From positions 8,432,001-8,496,000 of the forward strand of contig OZ059897.1 in assembly GCA_964057225.1 (NCBI GenBank): DNA of 64,000 nucleotides. The letters are read 5' to 3'. This stretch comes from Auanema rhodensis (taxonomy: Eukaryota; Animalia; Nematoda). Below, one piece after another: positions 1-25,492 of this stretch. Position 1 is the first letter of the stretch, and each line of letters opens with the position of its first letter. The notes under the pieces are model-generated. The model did not search any database, had not been told where the DNA came from, and saw nothing but the letters and a program-made list of their open reading frames with translations. The position numbers were made by a program, and so were the translations under genes.

Positions 1-2889
1 TCATTCTTAAACGGACATTACAATGATTAAAAGCTAAAATTGGACATCACAGGAGAGCAATGATATGATTGTAACGTCATAAATTTCGAGAGAGAGAGAC
101 TAGCAAAAAAAAATTATAAACAAAATCGTTTTGATTGACATAAAGCTATGGATATTATGAAAAGAAGCCTTTCCAACCTATCCAGCATTTTGCTGTCCTC
201 TTTTCGTAACACAGTGGGAGAAGATTTCAGACATAATAGGCAGATAATCTGCAATAACTACCTGGAGCAATCTCAATAAAAAACCTCGTTATCACGTCAT
301 AGTAGTATAACTGAAGAAGTTTTTATTATTATGTTTTAGCTAAAATCAACTACTTAGCTACTCTATGTTTATCTTGTAAAATTTAAGTTGCAATATTGAC
401 CCTAGTCAAGCCCAAGTTCATACTTGTTCGCGCTTCTACTAACTATGCCATATTACATTTCTCCAATTCTCTTTTTCTCATTTTGCAAACGGATATAGAA
501 GACGGTAGTGGCTTTCATTGACAAAAGTTTTGACGCAACCATATGGGAATCAAGTGTAGAGATCACTGTTGCGCCAATCTGATTTATGCATGTTTGTCCT
601 CAGAGTTCAAATATGACCATCGTCGTTGTCTTCGTTGTAGTTTTCGTCGACGCTTTCAGTTCAAACGTCATTCCATTCATATTCTTCCCTCTCTTTCTAT
701 CTCTTTGTCGTTCTCTTTTTCTAATTCACACTCGTTGAGTTCGTTTTGTCTCTCTTTCTCTCTCTCATTTCTTGCATTTCTTTCGCACCTTTTTCTCTCA
801 ATTTCTTCTCTCTTACAGAAACCTTAGGAAAAAAAGAACGTCCTCGACAGTCTGAAAACTGTCTACTGTCGTAGACGTCCTTGAATTGTTATCTTTGTGG
901 CCGATTGGTTCCCGACAACTATTGGACGGCGATTAACTCGCAGAACGGACAGTCGGATACTTCTGATATGTCTGTCTACCGTCTTCAATACTCAGCATAG
1001 AATCAGCTGTAATTATGAATCAAAACAAGATGGCCCTGATCAAGTCATCTGTAGCCAGCTTGAAGGCCAATAGAGAACTATGTACAAGAGAATAACGAAC
1101 GGAAAAGGAGAAGTAGACAAGTGATGATGATGATTCAGACAATTGACCCTTCACTCAAAACAGGCTGTTCGAAACGATCAGTATATTTTAGAGAACAATA
1201 CAACACGATCTTCAATGAAAATGCGATTTAGGATCTTATATGCCATCTTCAACATCTAAAATATGATCATTTGCCACACAAAAAAACGTTTATCCGAAAT
1301 CTTCGACCAAATACTTCAAGAAAGACCAAGTAAAAAAGTGTAGAATTAAATCAAATAAAAGGAATTAATTTTAGAAATGAATAATAAGTACTCGAAAAAT
1401 TAAGATTATCCATTTTATAAAAATGTAATCATAAATGGTTTTTTCTAATATAAAATTCAAATTAATAAATACTTAAAATTGAGCAAATAGTGAATATTTG
1501 TTGGCTAAGAAAATACAAAATACATAAACTGATGATACAGAAAAAGTTTCAATTTTTATCTCATACCAAGCTCAAGATTATAGCTATTGATATCGGGTGG
1601 ATATAGAACATAGTGCCTACAACTGCTTTTCCTATGCTCTCTTTCTCTATAATCTCTCATGTGGGCTTGTATACCTTCCAGGGCTCTCAATGCATTCTGC
1701 TGTCGTTGCCACAGAAACAGCGACGGAGAAAACGGCTGCATTGTCTGATACCAACTATATCTCATACTTTTTGTTCTGAATTTTCACTCAATCTCCACGA
1801 CATGCAGCGTACTCCAGAGAGTTACGTAGATTTCGCGTGAGCAGCAAAATACCAAAGCCATTTAGTGGCAGTTAAATGCTTTAAGCGGTTGCAAAGTTTC
1901 ACCTCATCTGATGTTATCTTTAGCTAAGTTTCTCTCACGGCCTCTCTCTATTTTTCTGTCTCTTTTCTTTCTAATATTATTATATTCCTTTTCGTTCCTC
2001 ATTCATACATTTAATTTCGTTTGCTGAAGTTCTTATTAAATTTTCCGGATTTTTCTTCAGCTCAGTATGATAACGTTCATTATAATAACAATTTTTTAAA
2101 ATCATCTGATTCGTTTAGAAACATATCGGAATCAGAAACCTCATGAATTAATATAGTTTAAATGTTCATATTACGTATTTGTATGATTATTGCTACTCAT
2201 TCAGCTCGAAATTAGTCTCTCATTGCAAAACTTTCACAGATCAGAATTTAATCACTCATCCAGATATTAAATACATCTCTGAAAAGATGCATTTTCTCAA
2301 TCATTACGATATATCTTTGTTAAAATATGCTTTATTACTCGCAGGCCCCTGATGAGAAAATAATAATTTTGCCGTTAAAAAACCCGGAAGGATGTTCCCT
2401 ATGATCGAAACTTCACCGCCCAACAATTCAGAATTCCTTTTTCTTTTTTTTTCACTTCAAAAGAAAATGCATTATAACATAAGGAATTGTCGTAAAACTT
2501 CTGCAAACCGAAATGACAGTTGATGATGCAGTGAGAAGATAGATAACCAAATTATGAAAGAGAAAAGAAACAAGAAAAAAATCTATTGGACAGAGTATTT
2601 GTATAACAAAAAGACCTAGCGCTTGCATGATTTTCTATGTCGGATGGCATTGCTTTCTTATCATCTTCAACTTCTTTTTTTCGTCCTATTAAACAGGCTA
2701 TATAACGGATCATTTCAATATGTTAAACCATATGAAATGAAAAAACTGAATGTGAAGTACATATACACATACACACACACATATATATACGCACATCAAC
2801 TTTGATATAAATTGGAAAACGATAACGAAGCTATGAGGTGAAAGAGATAGAGTGCTGACTGTAGAGAGTATGACACTATATATGTATAT

Positions 2890-2921
<32 letters not shown>

Positions 2922-4989
2922 CAGTAGTAGATAAAATAAAAATATTAAATTAACAACAATTAAGCATTATCTCTAATTATTATAAAAATCTATGCTATTA
3001 GACCTTCTCATAAATATCATTAACTAACTGATAAGAAACCTCCCAAGGTGGTTGCTACTTTTCTAATCAGTCTCAATGAAGCAGGAACATTTTGAAGATT
3101 ATAATTAAATTTATAAGATATATGTCTTTCTCATACTCATATCATATTCGAAACCGCTACTACTATTACTTTTAGTTTGAACTTGAAGCTAGAAGATACA
3201 TAGTTTGATTTATGTTTATATATAGAAACCAAATATGCTTCACATTCATACTACTTTCTACATCTTATCTCACACCTAGTCCAAAATCAATAAATTATGT
3301 GCATAGATATCCAAATATGGAAATCCAAACAAGTCTATTCGGAATCCTACAATATTTTTCTTTTCGTCTAGTTACATATAGGAAATGAGAATTTAATTTT
3401 TATAATAAGTTCAAACAGAATCGAAAAAAAAGACAATTGTAAATCAATCATCTAATAATATCCAATTTATAATATCTCTATATCTGATAGAAAATTGCAA
3501 TTAGCGGATATTATTAAATTGAAGTAAAAGTATCAGTTCACAGAGGGAAAAAAAAGAAAAAAATGGGGATCTAAGTGGCTATCGAAATATTGAATCGACA
3601 AACAGCTACAAACGTATCCGATGCATTGATCTTTCCTCAAGAATCACAACAGGACAACAGTAATTCCGGTTGAAAACATCAGTAGGACAAACCCAATAGT
3701 TGACTATGACGTTCTGGATCCAAAAAAACAACTTTCATCTTTTTCAATAGATAAAGTAAATATTATGAGATTGTTTCATATACAGTCCCCTCGACTTTCC
3801 AAGTAGATTACCTGGACGTTAGCGAAATTCTTTATGTAACTGAATTTACAGAAATGAGTGAGCAAACAAAAACGAGAGATAACAGACAGATAAACTAGCT
3901 AGTACCCCTACAAGTTATTCCAGTAAACGAGAGAGAGAGAGAGAAAGATAAAAAAAAGAGATAAAGAGTAAAAAGATGAACAAAAAATAAGTAATTTGTT
4001 TGAACGGTTGAGAAAAAAGAAAAAAGATATCAGCACGGTGGCAGATGATATCTAGTAATAGGTTGTCCAAACACAACGTAATGACACTTAGGGAGCCGAC
4101 TCCTGCATTTTTGGCACGACATTAAATGTGTGAATTGTCGTGATAAGATGAATAACATCAGATAGGAAGCAAGTAAAGTAGTGGGCAATTTGAAAATTCA
4201 TTAGATGTTATCCCTACATATACGTTTTCTAAAATATAGTTGACATTTTATTTGATTATTCCCTCACAGTTTAAATATATGTATATAATATAAAAGGTAT
4301 ACATGACATTTCAAGACATTTCATCATCTGTCTAGATTTTCTAGAAGATAGGTCATAAACGAAATCCATACCAATACACATGCTGAGTTTATGTCTGTCT
4401 CTCTATGTGGCACTCATCACCCTCTTTCTCTTTTACAACTTGTTTTGAAATATAAAGACATAATGGGTGGTCTGTCTATAGGACTTACGCCGTCAAAAAA
4501 AATGTCGTAAAATTAGAATATGAAAGACAATAGGTTGTAAAAAAAATCTCAGAGCCTTAATTTGAATAAATATGTTCCACGTCTAGTCGACGTGACGTCT
4601 ATTGACAAATATTTTACGTAACATCTAGTAATATGCTAATTATATAATAAATCTTTTGAAGCAAAAACTAATATGAGATTCTCTCATGCGCAGTAGCTGG
4701 TAACACCTTTTTCCTTTTCCAAATAAATACTTGGTCGACTGAGTGACTCATGATTAAGATAATTGATTACTATAAGAAAAAATATATATAGCAATACAGT
4801 ATTAAAATAATGATCAAATGGTATGGAAGAAAATTGGATGATGAGCCTAAAAAAACGTTCACAAGCTACCAAAAGCAATCAATACTGATTGACAGAGCAT
4901 TAAATAAGATGACGTGCAATAGGTACCTGTAGGCAAGGAATATAAAACTGTTGGACGTTATGATTTTGCACCGATAGCGATACTTTTCA

Positions 4990-5005
4990 CCCCCCCCCCC
5001 CCCCC
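4990..5005. repeat. C16 homopolymer (G16 on the minus strand, G4-capable)
   Basis: 16 consecutive C. Confidence 0.9.
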
Positions 5006-7394
5006 TCTTACCAACACCTCCTACGTGAAGCATGTGCATTTATACAAAGATGAAACATACAAAGCTGAATCCAAATTTTCCTGCTGTTATGATTGTATTG
5101 TGTAAAAAAATCAGAAAAGAAAAAGACAACGGATCGACAGAGCAAAATAAAAGAATCTGATAATATGACTCACATATTTCACACATTAGATCGTATTGTC
5201 ATAAATCCTTCCTAACATTTGTAATCGCTCATAACTCTATTTGATTTCCTGGTCCTTAAAACATCATCATCTCCATTCAAGGCAAAATGCAGAATATAAA
5301 TATATATAGATATATATATAGATATCTAAACAAAGAATCTTGAATTGTGTACGATATATCTTAAATAGGCAGTAATTATGTTTTGAAGCTCATAACTATG
5401 AAAAGAGCATTTACCTACCTTTATCATATATACGTGATTGATGCTTGACGTAATTTTTTTCCCCAGTGTTTCATTTAAGGCGGTTGCTCTTTTGATTGCG
5501 TTAAAATCATCTATTGATGGAACAGTATATCAGTTTTTAAATTTGAAAAGAATAACTGTTTAAACAATGAATCTATTTCATGTACTTGATTGGTTTCGTT
5601 TATAAACATTATTCACGGATCACTAATCCCCATACGGACAATATAGACATGGCCATTGCAGTTGCCTTTATTTCTCGACATCAAATAGTCTAGTCCTTTC
5701 TCTTTCAGTCTTCTTTTCCTATCTTCTTACCTCTGATTCGTTCTCTTCTTTTATCTTGAGACACGCGTATCTAGACATATATTGCATATTATAACATCTG
5801 GATATTTTTCTCGGCGAAATCGAAGAGGAATCAGTTAAAACGAGCTCGCCGTAAACTTTAGATGTTATCTCTTTCATTGGTTAGGTATATGTTCACACAT
5901 TTCATTTGGCTTTGTAGACTGCCATATTTCTAAATTTTCTATGGAATAAAAGTAAAACAATAACATTGAAACGTTTTATTGAGGAAAAGCAACAACAAAT
6001 GACGTTTGCCGAGGAAGTCTTGCAGAAAGACAGAAATGATGTAAATGATAGTAGATTGCAAAACCAAAGTAGTCCCATAATAAAGTGGCGGGGGTCAACA
6101 GATAAATAACAACAAAACTGTTAATCACCCTTAAAAAGATCGCAACACAACCCAATTGCAGAATATGCAAATGATAAAGGAAGTAAATACATCGGGATCA
6201 CACGGATAGAAGTACAATCTCTCAAGGCAAGACGATTTTTTATTCAAAATGTCAAGACAAGACATTTTTTGAAAAAAATCGGTCCAACCAAGGCGAACAT
6301 CAAGCAACTATGAGTGGATATACCTATCAAGTCGAAATCTGGAGATTTGTCAGTACAATACGTACACGAAACAGAATAAGAATTTTAGATACAAAACAAG
6401 TTATGATTCAATATGAAGAAAGTAGTGACAAGTTCAAGTAAAAAAAGCCCAAGTCAAAACTAACACAAGATGAACAATCGCAAAACCGAAAGTAACAGAA
6501 GATCAATTTTCAAATCACCAACAAAACCTATATTAATATACAACTGCTGGTATATGGTTTGAAAACTGATCCGATCAACAACAGTAAATTAATTGTTCAA
6601 CGGAAATATAATTTTAAGAGATTTTTAACTACTGGTCAACCGGAAATATGAACAAAGTAACCAATAATTCGATTGATTTATATATATATATAAATATATA
6701 TATAGATAGAAGTGTGTTTGAGTCTAATACGGAAAGATGGAGAATCAATTTCACTAAGGCTTTGCAAAATAGAATCCAGGATATTCTAGGCTAGAAGTGT
6801 TGTCAACCAGTAAAACATACAATTAAGAAACTCTGAAACTCTCAACAGAAGCCGGGAAAAGTTTGCGCAAAATACTAGACGGCTTCTGCTGTGTCTGCTC
6901 ACTAACAACGTAACAACGGGTATAACAAGTAACAATTTGTTTGTGGTTTTTGTGTTTGTGTGAAAAATGAATGAGGTGATGAAGGATAAGTGTGAATGAC
7001 GAGAGGTTTGAAGCATGTGAGCAACAACGAATCAGAGCAACGTGAACACAAAAAAATATGAAAGGAATACACAAAAATGTCTGGCCCAATTAAAAGAATA
7101 TTCAACTTCAAAAATATTTTTAAAACTTTAACAGATGGGCTAGAAATTTTTGGCACACCCAATAGAATATAGAATAACATGTAACAAGACATGACCCTTC
7201 CACTTACGTCCAACACCGAATAAGCCAACAAAAATAGAATAATATTCGGAAATTTGAGTAATATGATGTGTCATGTTAAAAGAAAAAGCACAGGTGGGCT
7301 TAAACCGGAGAAAAAAAATCAAAAAAAAAAAAAGAAACAAAAAAGTAACTCGAAGCCCACCTATGCTTCAAAACAGAAATAAAATCCGTAATAA

Positions 7395-10300
7395 TTAGTT
7401 GCGCGTTTTGAGAAGTTCAAGCAAAGGATTCCATAACGAGCGATTCGAGCATAGAGACAAAACTGCCTTTTGCATCGAAGTGCGAGCGGAAGCAACACTG
7501 AAGTCTGCATACTCGTCCGAGAAGTCGAAATTATCCAGCTAGAATAAACCAGTTATAAGAAAGGTTAAAATTACTTTGCTTACTTTCTTGGGAGGAGCAA
7601 GAAGGAATCTCCGAGCGAATTCCAAAATATATACCCCACAATCGAAGTTATTCGTTTGCTGAGCTAAATTTTTAGGAATTATGCAAGGAAGTGATGATGG
7701 AAGAATTTCCCCTCTCCATCGGAGCCAAGCGTACTGAAATACAAAATAAAACTAAACAGCACTAATTGAATAGTACCTTCATAAATTCATCAATAATTTC
7801 GGATATATGTTGGAGATTATTATGGTCAACCGTAAGTTGAGAGTCGAAGCAAACAATTTTACAACGATCAGTGAAAGGATGGCAAATTATAGCAAGTGAC
7901 CTACACACAGAAAAGATTAATTTAAAAATGAGTAGCGTATTACTGACCAGTGCTCCCATTCGTTTATTGGAACAACGATGTAATCAACATCCAGAAGGTC
8001 GAATCCTTCGACGAACTCGAGGACATCTCCAAACCTTGCATCCATCTATATTAAAATTAAAATTAAATTGAATAGCCTTTTAAAAATCACCAGTTGTCGC
8101 TCAGTAAGATTCAATCCTTCAGTTCTAGGATCATACGACTGTAGGATAGAAAGGTTGTGCCAGAAAACAGCTGGAAGAACAGTAACCCGCAACATTCTGA
8201 ACAACAAGGATTTAATCAAGTTTGTATTGCCAGCAAAGCTTACGGGTCATCCGGTAAAATATGTTCTACGATATGGTTAAGATAAAAATCAACTATCGTA
8301 TCATTCAACAAGTCCTGAAATCGAAAGGATTAGCATAAAATTGAAATTATATCATTATCTTCATATCTTCACCCTCACCCCAAATATCTATTATTAATTT
8401 ATTTTCGATAACAATGAAAGATATAAGAGACAACCAAGCGTGATAAAACCTTCTGCCTAACCTCTAACCCATAAATCTTCTATGATTCTGCGGAAGAAGA
8501 TAAGACATATTTTCTCTTCAGTATATAATCCTAATATCGTGACCAAACCATTACAACATATGTAGATATTGTGGATCAGAGATCAAAGCACGTTACAAAA
8601 GTTAGCCGTTCCCAGTTAATCATTAATTGAAAGTACGCCAATTACACTGAGAGGAAACTACCTAGTGGTATCAAAATCCAATCTTCTTCACACTTCTTCT
8701 TGCGCAATCAATTATTTATCAGCCAAGTACATCGTTACGCTCAAATGACAAGGCAAGGTAGTCATTGTCCTTCCTACTGTTGCCATTTCTTGTTGCAGCT
8801 TTCGTATATGGAAAGCGCATCAATAGAAGATTTCGGTTTCACTTTCTTATACCACACACGCTCCCTTTGCTTTAGCGAGGGACTAGTTTGGGCAGACAGC
8901 TGGTTGACTCAGACAACCTATGGCCCCAACGATGCTGCAAGCGCGCGAAACAAAGCTTTCCCGCCAACAAGCAATGGGGTGAAGAGAATGGCTGGATGAG
9001 AGAATCAGGCGAAACATGATGTGGTGTTGATGATGATGAGAGGATGACGACGGCGAAAAGAAACGCAACATATGCGGCAAAATGATGCGCTTTTCTTTTT
9101 TCCGATTCTGTCACATTTCTATAGCTCGTACACGTTTATAAGAACAATTGCTCTATATAAATTAGAAATTGACACTGAAAGAATAGGTGCTGCTGCAGCT
9201 GCACACTCTTTTAAAGAAAATTCAGAGAAACCATCGTTTCATCCGTCACGATGAGAATTTAGTGTAACATCTTCCCTTTACCATCATTATTGCTAGTCAT
9301 CAATGTTTCTGTCACTAAGTCTGGAACTGAGCTGAAATGCTACAATTTAACAGCCGTTGGTGAGTCTATATAGATGAGCAAAAGGCCGTAGAAACTAGCA
9401 GTAGGTAAAGTAGTTCAAAAGTCGATCTGAACTGTCGTTTAAGAGAATCAGTGGGGTATCACCCTTCGTTTCATTTTATCTGAGCTATTACACAAAAGTA
9501 CGAAATTTGAACGCAGAACTCCTGGTTTCTAGCCTTTATTTTATACATATCGGACAAAAACGAGCATTTCGCCTTTGTTTCTGCCCTCTAGGCTAACAGT
9601 TCTAAAACATCCATTACCTAAGGAATTAGTAACACGACAACTGCGACAAGCGTTCTTAGGACAAACCTAAAAGTACAACCCCAACCACTAGCGTCTCCAG
9701 CACATCGACCCTTGGCCTGCTGCGAATGCCTCTATCGAATTCCGTCTTCCTCATCGCTCTCAGAAAGAATGAGAGTTAGTCCTTCCTTGCCAGCTAGCAG
9801 CAGACAGCCCTCCTCTCTTTCTCTTGCCTCCTGCATTGGGGGCACCAGGCCACAACCCCTTCTCTTTTCCCCATCTCTGACAGCTAGATAGACACTACCG
9901 AAAGTGCAACTCTTCCACCACCCCGAATTCTCCTCTATTTTAACTATCTTTTCGAAAGCACATCGCAACACACAAAAGTCTGCCCCTCAAACCAATACCG
10001 CGACCAACCAGCCACACAAGTGTTCAAACAAATTGTATGAGCTAAGCTAAGGACAATTTAGTGGCGCTCTGTGACGATATAGGCGTTGGTAGTTGCGAAT
10101 ACATAGTGATCAATTCGGTATATTAGTCTTTTAGGCTTTGAACCAGCTATCTACGCACAATGGGAGAGCGAACACTATAACCTTTCGAGCTTAATGAGAT
10201 AGAGTACAGAGATCGAAAAGATGTAAATATCCACTTTATACCAGTACTTCGCACAGAAGAGCTAGACAAATAGGGCCAGAAACATTTTAGACTTTTGACC

Positions 10301-11084
10301 GCACCTTTCCTGTGTGAAAGAGGTCGGTTACTCACAAAGTTGCTCAAACACATATCCATGACAACGGGCAGTTGTATTCCCCCGACCACAACTTATGTTT
10401 CACATGCTTCCATTTTCACTATTCAACATCTCTTCTCTTACCTGATCCTGCAAACAGCAGAAATCTGATAGACGAATTGTGATTGACTGGTATGGAAAAC
10501 GAATCCTCAACATCTCTGTTGATGCTGCCAACTCCAATGCTTCGCTCTGCAAAGTCCAAAACATTGTATCAATCAATTATAGGAAATAGGCAAATTCAGC
10601 AGGAAAGTGATAAAGATAGCGGACAAGGGGCACGTTATCTAGATAAAGTGCTCAGTGCTGCATAAAAATCATTTCGTGATAAGATGTTGCGATCTAACTA
10701 GTTCAATATGAGATTAAAAGTACGGACCTTGTTGCAATAATCATTAGATTCTTCCATAGGCTCATCTGTGATGCTGAATTCACTCTCAGATTGTTCAGAA
10801 TCGGCATCACAAAAGCTAGCTGTAGAAGGTTGACCCGTTGACTCGTAGTCATCTGAAATACAATAAGATAACAAGTTATAACGATCTAAATATTGAATAA
10901 ACAAAGAATTGATTGTGCAATACTTCATAACAGAAAAATACCTACCATATCCCATACTTTCATCATCGAAACGATACTCAAAACAACCCGCTGCTGCGCA
11001 AGAACCACTAGCATATGAAGGCCCACTTTCATAACTTCCATAATATCCAAAATTAGAAGAATTTGGTTGTGTAGAAACTTCCAT
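7395..11084 (-). CDS. ulp-4: SUMO-specific cysteine protease (Ulp1/C48 family), ULP-4 ortholog; 8 exons
   Basis: Hand-spliced in frame: MEVSTQPNSSNFGYYGSY...|DDYESTG...YCNK|SEALELAASTEMLRIRFPYQSITIRLSDFCCLQDQ|(intron 8315-10441)|DLLNDTIVDFYLNHIVEHILPDD|...VTVLPAVFWHNLS...|MDARFGD...DYIVVPINEWEHW|SLAIICHPFT...CFDSQLT...|...QQTNNFDCGVYILEFARRFLLAPPKK|LDNFDF...LLKTRN*. The His (EHW), Asp (FDS) and Cys (DCG) triad is present. Close match to recalled C. elegans ULP-4. Confidence 0.93.
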
Positions 11085-13529
11085 ATTGATAAAATAATTG
11101 CTACGTATGATACATACAAATAAAAATCTGTAATATGAGCGAATTAATACAAAGTATGCGAGACGAAAACGAATCAGCTGGTTGGAACAACAGTAACACA
11201 AAGAGTGAGCAAAGATGTTAAAAAAAGGCCACCGGCTGACAATGTGCGGGAAACATCGTTGTAAGGTCTCAATCAATAGACAAAGTGATCATAAGAGAAT
11301 GACTCTTCCCTTCAGCTCTTCTCATATTCAAATATACGGAAGGTCATTATCAACGAAAGTAGTTAATAGATGAATGCAACATATCAATATGCGGCAGAGT
11401 GGAGACAGTGATAACGTAAAGATGTACAATTGCTCCAAAACTGCTTGATTGATATGTGCTTTAGAACTAACGAAAGATAAGTAATGGTGGGATAAATTGG
11501 TTTTCACTGTTGATAGTAGTGAAGATATGACAATCATTAAAAAGTAATATTTTCTAAGGTGTAAAACAAATTTTAAACAGATCAAGACAACCTGATGAAT
11601 ACATGTTAGATCATATCTAAAACTTCAAAGTAATTGGAAGGATGTGAAAGCTATTGAATTCACCATTGGTCAAGGTCGAGTCGCTTGAACAATGAAGACC
11701 AATATAAGATAAGAGCAGCATTGATAGCTGGAACCAAAGTCGATATATTATAGGTTAGACGGATTGGTTCCCGGGGCTATCCCCTTACTGTTTTGCCGTT
11801 GGAATGGATGGTGCTACAGATAAAAGTGCCTGCGCGCAAAAGTGCTATTAAAATTGTTTACAGCGCAAGAACGTATATACAGTAAAATATTTCAAAAGAC
11901 AAAGAATAAGCTATTACAGACATACATTTAACTGTCTTGGTACACTTGCACTTGATTAGGATGTCGGAATATAGCTAACAAAGAGATAAGCATTCAGTTG
12001 CGAATATAACGATTCAAATGAGAATTGATAACCCGCGCTGCAACATCTTTGGCGAAAACTGGCAACTTGCAATATGCCGTGAAAAAATAAGAGTCTTTGC
12101 ATAAAAAACACACGTATGTGGAAAAAAAGAAATTAGAAAGTTGAGCGAATTCAAAAGTTTGAAAAATCGATAGGAAATGGCCTGTCCTTCGCGTAGCCGA
12201 TGGATTTTTTTGTTGAGTCTCTGCCAAAGAGGGGGCGGGGCATCGTGTAAACAGCATACACCGTGCAGCGGAATTTTGTCGGGTTGTGAGAAGAACAGAT
12301 TAATAAAAAACAAATATTTATTTTCGCAAAAGTTATTGTAGAAGATACTTAAATAAAAAAAACAAGTAATGTGCGAAGATATATGTGGCGAATCAAAGAG
12401 CATCAGCTGGGCCTTGTTTTTCAAAAAAATAGAACGAGTTAATATGCTATCGGCGTCGGAGCTGTAGTGGCAAACGCGATGAAAATCATTGTTTGTAATG
12501 TTGATGCCTGCGATATCGCAATAGGACGAGTGAACTAAAGGTTCGATCAGCAAAAATAATGATTTCAAATGGGTTTTTTGATTTGGAGACAACCGGTGGG
12601 TTTGAAAAAGAGTATCACTCAAATAATGGTGACAGAGCTTGAAAATGAGCCTTTGAATGACAATTTAATATAACTTTTCAGTTATTAGGGAAATGAACAT
12701 TATTCGATTAGTATATAGCTGGTCGACCTTCCGATATGATAGGTGAAGATGAAAGTGATAAACGAGAAAGGGGCACGTTTGGCTAGAACACGTCACGTTA
12801 AGGTTAATTCATCGTGTAGTATACCAAATTTAGCACGAGCTTATCAAATAAATTACTTTTAAAACTTCATAAACTCTTGCTTTGCTTTGTGAACTAATTG
12901 TATGTTGTATACACTTAACATCTATGATATAGTTAATAGAACTAAGGCTAAAATGTATTTATTATGCTAATTATTGAGAACAGAATGGAAATATAGTATG
13001 ACCTTCCTTGTATTCATACACTTGAAGGTTTTACCGTCAAAAAAAGCGGTTTTGTATAAATTAGTTTGTGTTCGGTTCAAATCTCAGGAATAAGTATATA
13101 TTCTCTGAATCATATGATTTTATGTGTATTTGCAAAGATAGTAAAGGCACTAAGCGCTTGCTGTATCGTTATGTATACGCAATTCACATTAGTGCCACGC
13201 GCACAGTCTGTTTTGGAATTGCACTTTTTTAAAAAAGCGTTCAATAACAAAACTATTTTTTTTTAATTTTTTAATTTTAAAATCTCGTTATAAATATTAA
13301 AGTAAACAGCTTTTAATAGCACTTATTCGGTAATTATTAATGCAACGTAGCGGTCCGTCGACGGTTGTGTGTATTTTGCACACAAGTTTTTTGAATTTAT
13401 TTTCGTTATTTCTTACTTTTACATATTATTTTCTGTGCTTTACAGATTTGTTTCCGGGCAATTTTTGCTAGAGATGCATTGATGGGAGTTTAATTAATTT
13501 TTGTACAACGCTACATAGTCAAACTTACC

Positions 13530-24831
<11,302 letters not shown>

Positions 24832-25492
24832 GCTGTTAGTTTTACCTGCTGTTTTTGGTTGTTAAGTTTTGGGGTTGTGTTGCTTTTGCTCTAGTTTATT
24901 ATTTCTTCACCAAATTGGCTCTTATTCATGATGTTACGGTTTAACTTTGGTGTTTTCGTCTGTGTTATACTATTTGTATCAGTTTTTTTGGGATTGTTTT
25001 AGGTTTTGATTTTGTACATAATATCATATCGGATCATGGTTATTCTTAAATCCATGAACTTACCTCTTCCAATCTACTTTGCTCTTCTCCTAAATTAGTC
25101 TATCAGGAAGTAGGTTCCGTTTATCGCTATGATTGAACTAAGATGCCTTGATTTTCTTTCTTCGTTGCTGGTAAACGTCGTTCTTAATATTAATGAGTTA
25201 TCTCCTTAGTTTTACATTGTATCTCTTATTGTATCTATTTTTATAGCCAATGTGTTTTGCAACTTAGAAATAGCCTTAGAATCGTCAAAAATCAAAATTG
25301 TTGGTGATATACTAGTTGCTAATTGATTTGTGATTTGAGGGCATGGTCAGAATATACATGCTGATCTCATGCTAGACTTGTGATTCCCAAAACCGCTGAC
25401 CCTTCTGTCTTAATTAGAGGACAATAAATGTTTGAGCTTCATTAAGTGTTAAGATATTTATGCGATTAAATATTTATTTTCATTCAATATGC

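Noticed and set aside
1-7300. Short ORFs in the first 7 kb; also searched for cystinosin or cdc-48 neighbours expected from C. elegans synteny
   Set aside because: No consistent exon chain or recognisable motif; treated as intergenic, UTR or intronic.
12014-12622. 202-aa minus-strand ORF (and overlapping 11994-12257)
   Set aside because: Non-ATG start, F/L/S-rich composition typical of AT-rich noncoding DNA, no recognisable motif. It lies in the ulp-4/ire-1 divergent promoter region.
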